Shown here in pieces: positions 35,410 to 46,904 of a stretch of DNA of 64,000 nucleotides; within the stretch, counting starts at the first letter, position 1; each line of letters begins with the position of its first letter. The DNA comes from Macrostomum lignano. Lineage: Eukaryota. The notes under the pieces were generated by a model that saw only the letters and a program-made list of their open reading frames with translations, was not told where the DNA came from and searched no databases. The translations under genes and the position numbers were made by a program. The stretch is taken from the NCBI GenBank assembly GCA_002269645.1, contig NIVC01002313.1, forward strand, positions 62,001-126,000, given 5' to 3'.

Positions 35410-38400
35410 ATAATATATTCTAGTACAAAATCTTGGACTTGAATATGTTCTATGCATATTAACAAAAAACACTACAAAAATGCTTACATGATCTCTTGAT
35501 ATATATAAAACAAAGTTATTACATTTTAAAGAATGGTAAAACCAAGGGGGTAGGGAGGTGGCTGCCCCTTTTTAAGTGGAAGCCTGAAAAAAATCAAGGG
35601 GGACCAAGCAAATTTTTGCCAAAAACAAAGCCATATACTATACCTTTGCCCTTCACTCCTTTGGGTCTTTACCCTCTAGAATCTGCCCCCTCCCTTTGAC
35701 AAATTTCTGGTTGCACTACTGATTTTAAAGCAAAGCTACTAAGTAGGCATAGGCATACTATATTAACATAAAGAAAAATTATAAAATTTCTTTTTAGGTA
35801 TTTTTTCAAAGTATATATTATTAAAAAAACTTATATTACAAAAGCATGCTTATAAAATTCAAGTGCCAAAAACCTTGCATAGCAATCAGCATATAAGCTA
35901 ACTTTCTATTTAAAAATCACCATGCAAAGATTCTAGGCAATCTTTCAGTTACTTGTGTAGAGATCTCCAAATAAGATACAAAGTAAACTACTATAAGTAG
36001 TAACATAAAAATGCAAAAATGCAAATCTAAAAATTCCACATTGTCATACACTATTTTTAGAAGACCACAAAAACAACGAGTGATCATCTTATGTAACATC
36101 TAAAAATAGAATTCTATATATGGTATTGATGCGCAAAACCTATTGTATTCTATTCAATTTTTGAAAGGTCAAAATTCCAAAATGCAAATGAGTCACCTAC
36201 CCAAAATAACCTGTTTACCCCAAAATTTTACTATAAATACAAGTCAAAATCCGAGCTAAAAATCTTAGACTCGGAGCAGCTTCCAAAGATCTTGGGCTTT
36301 GCAAGAGCAGCCAACGAGGCTATATCTCTGAGGAAGAGATAAACACCAATTGGTAAGCTTTGTTTGAGACTTTGTTATTCTGATTATTGAGAGCAATTGC
36401 TATTGCTGGCCATTACTATTCAGTTGATTTCACTGAGACTATTGAGTTTGAGGCCTCCCATTTTCCTAAGGGATTGGATAGGATCTATGGACCGATTCCG
36501 ATACCCTTAGAGGATTATTGATTGATTGATTTTGGTTATCCTAGATTAACCGATAGGAGTACACTACTCTGATTCCGTTAGTTCTAGAAGAAGACGCCCT
36601 TTTGGAGGACCTCACATTATTGTAGAAGTTGATTCTGTTATTAGGGCACATCATTGATATTGATTTCTGCACTCAAGGAATACATTGATTTTGGCACTCA
36701 AGGAAATACTGCGACATCGATTTTATTGTTACACTCTTACTTTCGGCCGATTCTAGACTTCAAGAAGATTCTTCCAGAGAAGAAGATTAGAAGAAGCAAG
36801 TTCTAAACACGTGCGCAACAAAGAAGAAGAAACAAGGAACGAGCTCGGAGAACCTGCCCGATGAAGAAGAGGAGCCTGCAACAGTAAGTGCACTACATTT
36901 TTGTTTCCAGGCTTAAGTGTCTAGAAGTGGGAGTTTTCGGGGGACTGATCACCTCCCAAATCAAGTCTTCACCTGCTCTAAATTATTTAAACCCTTTTTT
37001 GAACTTTTCAGAGTCCAATAAGCTCACAGAGTTCTACATAGGGTAGTAGTATGTTATCCAGTAGAGGATATTGCCAAAGTGCTGATAGGGGAAAGGAGTA
37101 ACATAGCAATGCCACACATCTCGCAAGTCTTGCTATTAGCAAGCAGATGGTGCCTCATTATCACATTGCTTTGTTAACATTGTCATTGGGCACCAGCACA
37201 ACTAATCCTCAATGATTCACGTCAAGGTCACATAGCACAATGCTGTTGACAACTTCAGTAGCAGGGACAATAGATTGTGGCGCTGGAGTTTGGCCAGCCA
37301 GCCATACTGGCAGTCATACATGCGCAACTGCTGGCCGACCTGGCCGATCTGGCCACCGTAAATTGTGGTGGACCAGGGGTAAGTTGCAAAAATGCCCACC
37401 CCAAAGAATAGACGTAGTACTAATTAGATGATGAGGCATTTAGCCCTTATAAGACAGTCATAGTTACTCCTGCCGTTTACCCTAAATTGCGTTAATGTTG
37501 CTTTAGGGTTTCTTTCACAGGTAAGTCGCATTTTTGGTCAAAAAGTAAGTCGCATGGCCAGTGTAAATCAGGGGGGTTGCGCATGTATGCGCATGTAAAA
37601 TAATTTAGAGCAGGAAACCAAAGGATCGCGAGATTCTATCCTAGGATATAGCTTTGTAGCCTGGGATAAAGACTCAATAAAGTATGGTCCACTAGGCCTA
37701 TAGCAAAGCATGTAAATGGCAAATGCCATTGAGTAGGCCTATAAAAGCCAAATAATAAAACTCCTAACCTAAATTAGAGATGGCACATATTAGGCCTAGT
37801 ATTTTGAAAAATTCAAGTACAATTATATAAGTAGGCTTAAAAATTAAATGCTAGGCCTACCTTTGGGCTTTGGCCTCACCTTGATTTGAAAAGTTTATAA
37901 AAATAAGTCAAAGTACTTAGTTCTAACTTCTATAATTTATAAAGTGATGGGCCTTAACTTCCCAAATTATTGCGCTGATTGGTGCGTTTTTCCCATAATG
38001 AGGCATGCTTTTTAGATTAATTTAATAGGTCTTTAACCGGGTTTTATTTTTCGCCAAAGACAAGGTGCAAAATTTCACCCATTGCCCAATTTCAGGGTGC
38101 AATACTGCAATTTTGTAGAAGCGCTACTTAATGTTTCTAGGAAAGCCTACTTTTAAATTTGCGCAAGATATAATATTTTTGTTATAATGTACGAAATATT
38201 CTCAGTTTCTAAAATTTGTTATAAATATACCCGAAAAATTAGTTTAAATTAGGAGCGAAGTTTTAGAAAAAAGAAAAACTTGTTTGCTCTCAAGCAAAAA
38301 GCTGAGAAACTTGTTCACTGAAAGCCATTCTCAGAGTAGTCATTTTACAGTGAGAGATTCTAAGACGTTCATAAGAGACACTCGAGGAGTATATGCACAA

Positions 38401-38747
38401 GGTAAGTCGCATATTGTAGGTCCTTGTATATGCAATAGAAGTTACATGCTAAAAGCAAGCGCCGTGACCCTCTAAATCTCGGTAACGCCCGGACTGGCGA
38501 ATAGCTCAGGCCAAGGTTATTAGCTAAGAACGCTATACCAGAACGTACGGTTGGTAAAGTGGCATCATTATAAATCTTGAGTGTCAGTCAGGTGTAATGC
38601 AGTGTCGCTGCACAATATTTTTTATTTGAAAGAAGATATAACTTACAATACAATACAATGCAGCATCTTAACGACTTAATATTAATAAATTCGAATATTA
38701 AAAACAATTTTTAGACGGTTTCTTTACTGCAAAGACTCAATTTATTG

Positions 38748-40420
38748 TAGGCGCCGCCGCCTCGGCGAAACGAGCTGCGGACCTTCTTCTGTTAACGTTG
38801 AGCTGCCAGAGGAGAGCTCCCTTAACATCAGCCCCATCACCATCGACGAGGTGCTCCAACTTGCAAAGAAGACGCCAGGCAACAAGGCTACTGGACCCGA
38901 CGACGTGCCTGTCGAGGTGCTGCTCCTCCCGCAGGTGGCGCTGGAAGTCAGGCGAGTGATGAACTGCGTGCTAGCTGGGGGCCCCGCCCCTGCTGAGTGG
39001 CGGACTGCGCATATCGTCGGGATCCCAAAGAAACCAGGTTCCGTCAAGGTCGAAGAACATCGCGGGATTTCACTAATGTCCTGCACGGCTAAGCTGTTTA
39101 ACAGAGTTCTGCTGTCGCGGCTGCAGCCAGTGCTGGACCCGTAATTCCTCCGGCGCGAGCAGAACGGATTCCGGCCAGGCAGAGGCACCGTAACCCAAAT
39201 TCTCGATCTGCGTCGAATTCTAGAAGAGGCCCGCATCCACCAGTCGATCATCATCTGCATCTTCGTAGACTTCCTGAGGGTCTTTGACTCGGTGTCGAGG
39301 CGGATCATCGCGAAAATCCTGCGCACGTATCATGTACCTGAGCAGCTGGTGACGGCTGTGTTAGCTCTGTACCAGAAGATTAGGGCGGCAGTTGTGATAC
39401 CGGATGGCCTTTCCGACTTTTTCGACAAGTCCTCCGGCGTTCTCCAAGGGGACACCTTGGCTCCTTTTCTGTTCGTCCTGTTCCTGGACTGGGTACGTAC
39501 TGCGCATGCATGGCCTCCCTGACGACTCCAAAGGATTCTTGCTCTGCCGCAGAACAAACAGGCGACACCCCGCCCGAGAAGCGACTCTCCGTTCTAACCT
39601 ACGCGGACGACCTAGCGCTGCTGCCTAGCACAGCTGAAGGAGCTGAACGCCTGCTAGACCAGCTGACGGCGGCGGCCGCTGCGATCGGACTACTGTCCGT
39701 GAATACCAAAAAGACAATGGTGCTTACCGTGCCGACGGACCTCCCAGCTGAGGTCTACTGCCGCTGCACGAACGGGCAGGTTGCGTTGCTGCCCCGCTGC
39801 AAAGAGTTCGTCTACCTCGGCGGTCTGGTGCCAAGCATCACGGACGACCTGGCACGGCGCAGGGCGCTTGCCTGGGGCGCATTCCGCACCGAGCGGACTG
39901 TCCTGCAAAGACCCGCGCTGCCGCATCGGCTGAGAGGGCGACTGTTCCAGGCCGTCATAGCAACGGTCCTCCTTTACTATGCTTAAACGTGAACACTGAC
40001 CGGCCCGCAGGAGCGGCAACTCGACGCCGTTCACGCTGGACTCCTGAGAGCCGCCTTCGGTGTCCACTACTCGCCGACCGCCACCACCAACACCAGCGAT
40101 GACGAGCTATACCGACGAGCCCAGCTCTCCCGACCCAGCCAGCTGCTGCGCATCCGGCGCCTACAGCTGGTTGGCCACGTCATCCGGGCAAGAGCAGTAC
40201 TGCAATGAGCCGCTTCAGGACGTGCCTCTGCTATCCCTTCAAGGACCGCAGCGGCTTGGTCAGGCGAGAAGTCTGCGTTTCGTCGACCTGCTTCTAAAGA
40301 GACGCTGAAATTTCTGGCCCTCGCTGACTTCCTGTTCTGTGCAAATCTGCACTTGCGCGCGCCTTTTAACAGCAACCCAACTTGCCTTGCCCAGAGGGTT
40401 GCTGTAGTTTGTTGTTGTTG
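38748..40420 (+). mobile_element. 5'-truncated, decayed RTE-type non-LTR retrotransposon (reverse transcriptase region)
   Basis: Motifs KATGPDD, W..A.IVGIPKK, HRGISL, EQNGFRPGRGT, FVDF..VFDSV, GVLQGDTLAPFLF, YADDLALL, FVYLGG, and LLYY.*T*TLT. In-frame stops at about 39142, 39984 and 39990, and a frameshift at about 39500. Ends in a (GTT)n tail. Confidence 0.9.
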
Positions 40421-41518
40421 GTATTTTACATGAACGTAACATATTATATTATCAGTAGGCCTAAATCAAATTGTTCTGTTGCGGCGATTCAAAATTGAAT
40501 ACTTTTTCAATCAATATATAAAAATAGAAAGTCTTACTATAGCCATATTCAATATGAAAAAGATGCCACTGCTAGTTCAGTCTAGCCAGTTGATGCCGTC
40601 ACTCAGAATGCCAAATGCAGATTTAGCTGCTACGGAGAACTTAATAAAATAACTAAATTCTTGATGTATCGTAGTAGCTCGTACTAAAACTAGTAGTTTG
40701 CTGCCACCACCGCGGTAATTCGCGGAGAAAAGCTTTAAGACTTAATTTGCTTGAATTAGCCTAAGAAATCCTCTTGTTGATTAGATCTATTAATGCTTTC
40801 AAAGGTCTCGAAGTCTCAATTACGGATTAAAATAATGTACCGCGCTTAATGGAAATGCGCGTCCGAAAATTCTAAATCGGTCTTTTTAAGCACACTAGAA
40901 TTAATGCAAAATTAAACAGCTAAATTATTAGAATGATGAGCTGGTTGGGTCAGGGATAACTGGGCTTACACTTAGGGTCCTCGAATATTGGAATTTGGGA
41001 GTTACTGGCGAGTCATTATTCCTCCCGAGTCACTGACGGGGTATATTCTAATTCGAGGCACGGACGGTTGGTATATTTTAACTCGAGTCTGGCCGCGGGA
41101 AAGGGGGCGCTCAGCAGACTCCACCCCGCCGGGTGGAAAGAGAGTTTCACGCAATGGAAACATTGTGTACACCGGGTGGTAACGGCTAAACACCGGGGTG
41201 TAACCCCATTCAATTCAACAGTAAAAAGAAAATGACAGCGGGTGAGCACCCGAAATATACTAAGGGGTAAAATAGTGATTTCCACGCAGGGAAATGACGT
41301 CAATGCAGGTATAGTGTAACTAGTAAAAGCAATTTTCGTCCGGTGGGAACAGCGGGAGGCCTCGCCTACCACATAGAAATGAAAGTTCACTACGAAAAGG
41401 ATAAATCAAATGTACATGTACTAAATTGTACATTGTACAATTTTATTGTAAAATGTACATGTACTAAACAAATCATAATTTGTTTTAATGTCTTGCGCGC
41501 AGTCAGTACGGAAAGACT

Positions 41519-43018
41519 TCATCGCTGTACAAAGTCTAGCTTGTGCCAGCCTGGTTGCCTTGGTGTCGTAGTCATTCCGCGCTCAATGTCAGCAGCTTTA
41601 TCTTTGCAAGAGGCTGCAAGTGTCACACTGTACTTCTGCATGATGGCTGCGAATGCCATGTAGATCTCCAGTCTGGCCAAAGATTCACCTGGACAAATCC
41701 TTCGGCCGATCGAAAATGGGATCAAGTATTTTGATGGTGAGTACTCGCCTTCGCAGTCAAGGAAATGCTCAGGATAAAACTGGTCCGGTTTCTCCCAGAT
41801 TGAGGCGTCGCGATGAGCGCCGTATACAAATGGAACTATTATAGCATCCGCAGGTATCCTGTAGCCGCGGAACGTTGTGTGTTTCATGGCTCGATGCGTC
41901 AGACTATTGAATGCAAGCGAGGCGTATCTCAAACTCTCATCAATAACTGCCTGCATGTAGTGCAGCTGCGGCCTGTCGTTGATCTGAGGTCGACGTTCGC
42001 GTCCCACGACTTCGTCCAACTCCTGCTGCACCTTCGCCTGCACTTGCGGGTACAGGCACATGTGAGCCAACAGCCACTCCATCGACTTCGAGGTGGTGTC
42101 AGTGCCGGCGATGAACATCTCCATGCAGATGCGCACCAGATGGAACGGCCTGTGGGTGTAGAAGTCTCCTTTGGCTTCATACCGACGTCTCTCTTGTATG
42201 TAGGCGTCACATATGCAGAGCGGCTCAGCGTTCGGGTCAGTAAGCTCGGCCTCCTTTTTCTTGATCTCTTCTTCGAAGAATTGATGCATTGCCAGCGTAG
42301 CTGTTGAAGCCTGCTGTGTGATGGACAGCCTTTTTAGCAGCGGAGCAAAGGTCGGAAATAGCAGAGTAAGACTGCTAGCCAGACTGTCGTTCAGCAATTT
42401 TTTAGCATTGATCAGGAAGCTCTCATAATTGGGGTTTTCGTTCGCATAGCGCTTACCGAACACCAGCATAGCAATCACGCAATTAGCCAGATCGCTTAAC
42501 AGGCGGGATGAATCCACCTCGCTGTTGCAGCTCTCAATGGAAGCCAGGATGGCTGCGACCTCCTCGTTAATCAACGCAAGCGACTCATTCTTTCCAAAAC
42601 CAAACTCGCGCAGCATGCGCAGTCCAACTCGACGCTGCTCGCTCCAGGTTTTACCTTCGCTAAAGATGATGCCGCAACCATTTGACAGCTCGGCGGCTTG
42701 TGGCGGCCACAACCTACCCGAGAACATGTCGTCCTTCAGCATTTCCTTCAGCATCTCGTAGGAGGACACCACAATCATCAGCCTCTGTCCGGCCCGGAAC
42801 GAGTAAATCGGTCCATACTTCTGGCGCATTGCCTCCTCGCTCTCGTTGAAGTGGTCGGTGTCCAGCCAGGGCAGTCGGCCGAGGAGCGGAAGGCCCAGCG
42901 GCCCGGGCGGCAGCTGCGAGGAGCGGTACAGAGACCGCAACGTGTAGGCCGCAGCCAGAGCACCCGCTCCAATCAAAGCATTGCGCGATGTGAGCTGATT
43001 TTGCAGGAATTCGTTCAT
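41519..43018 (-). CDS. Cytochrome P450, clan 2 (CYP2-like), intronless, 499 aa
   Basis: N-terminal anchor, LPPGPLGLPLLG, WSEQR (WxxxR), AGTDTT I-helix, ESLR K-helix, PEHF, and heme motif FSIGRRICPG. Confidence 0.96.
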   Translation of the reverse strand: MNEFLQNQLTSRNALIGAGALAAAYTLRSLYRSSQLPPGPLGLPLLGRLPWLDTDHFNESEEAMRQKYGPIYSFRAGQRLMIVVSSYEMLKEMLKDDMFSGRLWPPQAAELSNGCGIIFSEGKTWSEQRRVGLRMLREFGFGKNESLALINEEVAAILASIESCNSEVDSSRLLSDLANCVIAMLVFGKRYANENPNYESFLINAKKLLNDSLASSLTLLFPTFAPLLKRLSITQQASTATLAMHQFFEEEIKKKEAELTDPNAEPLCICDAYIQERRRYEAKGDFYTHRPFHLVRICMEMFIAGTDTTSKSMEWLLAHMCLYPQVQAKVQQELDEVVGRERRPQINDRPQLHYMQAVIDESLRYASLAFNSLTHRAMKHTTFRGYRIPADAIIVPFVYGAHRDASIWEKPDQFYPEHFLDCEGEYSPSKYLIPFSIGRRICPGESLARLEIYMAFAAIMQKYSVTLAASCKDKAADIERGMTTTPRQPGWHKLDFVQR

Positions 43019-43447
43019 GCTTATTGTATTAGATTTATTTTAGATTCAACTGGGTGGGCTATAGGTTTTTGGAGCTGGCTATATAGAATTTGCCAATTGC
43101 ATTCTCCAAGGGCCGGGTTGGGCTGACTACCTAAACAGCGTGCAACTCAAACAATGAAGATAAGTAAGAGAACGTGCTAAGAAAAAGACACGCGACTTTT
43201 GATTTAAAACGCGTGACAGCTAGAGCTTGAGAATTATAGAGTTGTTGTACTCGTACACTGTACTTAGTTAAATTAAGTATAAACCGCACATTAGTGCCCA
43301 GCGCGTTGATTTGTACATCGCCGCAAACCCCCGCCCCCTTTGGGTGGCAGGGGGTGTTTTTAAACCCCCGTCACGCTCTACTGGCGGCTCAACTTTGTCT
43401 TTTCGCAGTGAAATTTCTTTGACTTAGAATAAAAATTTTGCTGAGTC

Positions 43448-43626
43448 ATGAACCGCACCCGTAGCCAGTCTGCCGATTCCGTCCCCACAACAGTGCCAGC
43501 ACTGCGAGGAAACTAAAGGAGCTTGGTTTGCCGAGCTCTGGCAACAAAGCAAAACTGGTCCAAAGGCTTCGCGTCCATAAGGGGCGCACGAGCGCCAAAG
43601 TCTGCTTTAAGCCAAATATAGATTGA
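43448..43626 (+). pseudogene. Frameshifted SAP-domain coding fragment
   Basis: ATG at 43448 reads MNRTRSQSADSVPTTVPALR then shifts frame into KLKELGLPSSGNKAKLVQRL, which fits the SAP consensus (TV.ELK..LK..GL..SG.KA.LV.RL). Confidence 0.55.
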
Positions 43627-44124
43627 AGTTCGAAACATTTTTTTTATTGACGGAGGCCTGCTTCGCTTCTGTGCCAAGTTCGCGTTTTAATGCCTAGTTG
43701 TTGCTGGACTATCCTTAGTTAAATAGGCGTTATGTTGCGCGGAAAGTCACTTTATACTCGTGTACCTTAGCTACTGTGTTGAAAGTTTTAAGCGATTTTG
43801 TTCAACTTGAACAAGAATTGGCAGGCATAAACAGCCATGAATCCCATGATCGAATTAAAAAACTTACAGACATACATTAGAGAATTGGATTTTTTAGCGC
43901 TGAATTTTCTCGACTCGAATTTGTCTATGGCTAAGCCCAATTCTGCAGCGCTGTACATTCTCTACAGCATACTAAATGCACTAGCGTTGTGACAATTTTA
44001 ATATGCGTTCCTTAACGCAGCCTCCAGCTCATTTATACGAAAATCGAATGCATAGCGTCCTTCCACTTCAGTCGTCCATGGTTCTCTTTTTTCCATCCCA
44101 TTACGATTCTTCTCAGGAGAGTCG

Positions 44125-44375
44125 TGTGACATAGTGACACGATGAACTTTGCTATAGGTTGCATGCACTGTAGTGTTGACTCACTAGCAGTGAAGTTGTT
44201 ATTGATCGGCTTAGAGATTGTATTTTATTCCACCCACCCCATGCGCGCGTTTGAATCTGTCTGCACCCACCACCTCAGTGCTAATAATAAAAGTGAACAG
44301 CCTAGCTCTCAAGCGAGCACCTTTTACTCACTCCTGCAATTCCACACTTCTGTCTCGCTTAACAAAGTTATCACA
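44125..44375 (+). repeat. 5' LTR
   Basis: TGTGACA...TATCACA. Appears identical to the 3' LTR by eye and in two translated frames. Confidence 0.95.
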
Positions 44376-46631
44376 ATGGCGACGAGTCTGCCCACGCTGG
44401 GCCAACTGCTACCATCTACAAACATCGAGATCTTCCTAGAGCGTCTCGAGCAGTACTTCATCTGCAAGGAGGTGAAGGAAGAGGCAAAAGTGGCAACTCT
44501 GATCACGTCGATTGGAGAGGAGGCTTACATCACACTGCGGAGTCTGTGCCAGCCGGTCCAAGTGGCGCAGAAGTCTTACGCTGACCTGAAGAAGCTGCTG
44601 ACAACGCACTTCGCACCCAAGCCTTCGGAGCTAGCTGCGAGGTTCCGTTTCCAACAACGAACTCAGCAAGCAGGCGAGAGCTTCACGGCATTCATCGCGG
44701 GGCTCCAGGCTCTGTCAGCTGACTGCAACTTCGGTGAGTCGCTAAATGAGCGGCTCCGAGACCAACTCGTGTTCGGCCTTCGAAGCGACGCCTATCGAGC
44801 CAAGCTGCTGGAAGTCGTTGAGCCGACTTTCGAATCCCTGCAAACAAAGGCTATGTCGCTGGAGTCTGCAGAGCGTTCGTCCCTGGAGATGTCACAAAGG
44901 GCATCGGAGTCTGTTGCCAATCTGCAATTTGTCAGCAAGAGAGGTAGCCGCAAGCAGGTGACACCTTCAGCGCACCACAGAGGGCATCGGGTCAGCGGCA
45001 GCGACAACGGCGGCAGCGGCAGCGGCAACGGCGGCAGCGGCAACGGCAGCGGCAACGGCAGCGGCAACGGTGGCGGTGGCAGCTCATGCAAAAGCTGTGG
45101 CGGTTCCCACGAGCGTCATTCATGCAAGTTCAGGGACGCCAAGTGCCATGCATGCGGCAAGGTCGGCCATATCCGCAAGGTCTGCCAGTCTACCAAGCAG
45201 GCCAAGCTGCACATGCTACAAGAGGAGCGGATGGCACCTACTGTCGAAGGCGCGTGTGACACCCAGGTGCCCATCTTCGCAGTCCGACCAACAGGCAGAA
45301 ACTCTGGACCGACAGTCATGCTGCTCGTCAACGGCCAGGAATGCCAGTTTGTCATCGACACCGGCTCTGCAGTCACGCTGATGCCGCAGCAGCTGCAGCA
45401 AAAGTTACTCCCTCAGCTACAACTGGCTCCATCGGCTGCAGTGCTGCGAACCTTCACCAATGAACGCTTTCATCCGCGAGGCCAAGCCACAGTCTGCGTC
45501 CAGCACAACGCCCAGCAGCTACAGCTACCGCTGCTTGTTGTCGACAAAGGAGACACGGCACTGCTGGGACGAGACTGGCTGGCTCACCTTCGGCTGGACT
45601 GGCCGACAATAATGGCCCAGGTGCACGCAGTGTCCACCGATTACGACATCAGCGACCTGCATGAGAGATTCGCTGCGGTGTTCGAGAACCGACTTGGCAA
45701 ATTTCGACACAATCAAGGCTCCGCCCCGGTACAGACATGGCCATTTCCGACTGAGCCATGGGAGCGGTTGCACGTCGACTTTGTGGGACCCGTGGACGGC
45801 CGCACTTACCTGGTCCTGGTCGACGCGCACAGCAAGTGGCCAGAGGTGCACAGGATGAGCAGCACCACTGCAACTGCGACGATCAGCTGTCTGCGAGAAA
45901 TCTTCGCTCGTCTCGGCCTACCGAGAACCTTGGTGTCGGACAACGGGCCACAATTCGCATCGGCCGAGTTCGCTGAGTTCGTCAGTTCCAACGGCATCCG
46001 GCACATCTTCTCGGCGCCATTCCACCCGGCGACCAACGGCCAGGCCGAGCGCTTCGTCCAGGTGCTGAAGCGGCATCTGAGTAAGTGCGGTCACTCCGAC
46101 GCGCAACTTCAACGACTGCTGATGGCCTATCGCAACACTCCGCACAGCGTCAGTGGCACCGCGCCGAGTCAGCTGCTCATTGGCCGCCGGCTGCGCAGCC
46201 GGCTGGACCTCCTGACACCATCGTTGACTTCGGCCATGCAACAGCGACAGCAGCATCAGCTTCAGCAACAGCGGCCAGCGCGCCAGTTCCAGCCTGGAGA
46301 TCGTGTGCTCTACCGCGATTTCAGCACTGCTGCTCGTTCAGGAGAAAGCAGTCGCTGGGCCGAAGGTGTCATTGTCAATGCCGGCACTCGCAACTGCACA
46401 GTCGATTCTGGGCTCGGCGTACAAGCGCGACACGCTGACCAGCTGCTGGCGGCTCCCGCTGGGCTGGCCGAGTCGAACAGCAGCACAACCCCGGCCGAGG
46501 ACTGCGCGGCACCTGACGTTGGCGGCACGTCTACCTCGCCGCAGGCAGACACGGCTGACTCTGCTAACGAGGCACCCCGGCGCTACCCGAATCGAGTTCG
46601 AGCACCACCTGACAGATTGATGCTGCAGTGA
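44376..46631 (+). CDS. Gag-protease-integrase fusion ORF (751 aa) of the LTR element
   Basis: Gag (FLERLEQYF, RFRFQQRTQQAGES, LRDQLVFG), two CCHC knuckles (CKSCGGSHERHSC, CHACGKVGHIRKVC), protease IDTGSAVT, then directly the integrase DDE core (HVDFVGP, SDNGPQF, GQAERFVQ). No YxDD RT motif and no HHCC motif. Confidence 0.92.
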   Translation: MATSLPTLGQLLPSTNIEIFLERLEQYFICKEVKEEAKVATLITSIGEEAYITLRSLCQPVQVAQKSYADLKKLLTTHFAPKPSELAARFRFQQRTQQAGESFTAFIAGLQALSADCNFGESLNERLRDQLVFGLRSDAYRAKLLEVVEPTFESLQTKAMSLESAERSSLEMSQRASESVANLQFVSKRGSRKQVTPSAHHRGHRVSGSDNGGSGSGNGGSGNGSGNGSGNGGGGSSCKSCGGSHERHSCKFRDAKCHACGKVGHIRKVCQSTKQAKLHMLQEERMAPTVEGACDTQVPIFAVRPTGRNSGPTVMLLVNGQECQFVIDTGSAVTLMPQQLQQKLLPQLQLAPSAAVLRTFTNERFHPRGQATVCVQHNAQQLQLPLLVVDKGDTALLGRDWLAHLRLDWPTIMAQVHAVSTDYDISDLHERFAAVFENRLGKFRHNQGSAPVQTWPFPTEPWERLHVDFVGPVDGRTYLVLVDAHSKWPEVHRMSSTTATATISCLREIFARLGLPRTLVSDNGPQFASAEFAEFVSSNGIRHIFSAPFHPATNGQAERFVQVLKRHLSKCGHSDAQLQRLLMAYRNTPHSVSGTAPSQLLIGRRLRSRLDLLTPSLTSAMQQRQQHQLQQQRPARQFQPGDRVLYRDFSTAARSGESSRWAEGVIVNAGTRNCTVDSGLGVQARHADQLLAAPAGLAESNSSTTPAEDCAAPDVGGTSTSPQADTADSANEAPRRYPNRVRAPPDRLMLQ

Positions 46632-46653
46632 GGGTGTTAACTTAGGGGGGAGA

Positions 46654-46904
46654 TGTGACATAGTGACACGATGAACTTTGCTATAGGTTGCATGCACTGT
46701 AGTGTTGACTCACTAGCAGTGAAGTTGTTATTGATCGGCTTAGAGATTGTATTTTATTCCACCCACCCCATGCGCGCGTTTGAATCTGTCTGCACCCACC
46801 ACCTCAGTGCTAATAATAAAAGTGAACAGCCTAGCTCTCAAGCGAGCACCTTTTACTCACTCCTGCAATTCCACACTTCTGTCTCGCTTAACAAAGTTAT
46901 CACA
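46654..46904 (+). repeat. 3' LTR
   Basis: Direct repeat of 44125-44375. Confidence 0.95.

Larger units (their letters stand above)
44125..46904 (+). mobile_element. Ty3/gypsy (Mag-like) LTR retrotransposon, non-autonomous (lacks RT/RNase H), 2780 bp
   Basis: 251-bp TG...CA LTRs at 44125-44375 and 46654-46904. TSD AGTCG at 44120-44124 and 46905-46909. PBS TGGCGACGAG at 44377, complementary to the 3' end of tRNA-Ser(GCU). PPT TTAGGGGGGAGA before the 3' LTR. Confidence 0.96.

Noticed and set aside
36240-37380. Three strong + strand donors (GTAAGC/GTAAGT at about 36345, 36883 and 37379) suggesting a gene divergent from WWOX
   Set aside because: The phase-compatible joins I tried create stop codons and no homology was recognised. 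It could be non-coding, but this is unsupported.
41543-43126. Several + strand ORFs overlapping the P450
   Set aside because: Antisense shadows of a GC-rich coding sequence.
44142-44375. ORF-track start at 44142 for the 829-aa protein
   Set aside because: This start lies inside the 5' LTR. The Gag-like sequence begins at ATG 44376.
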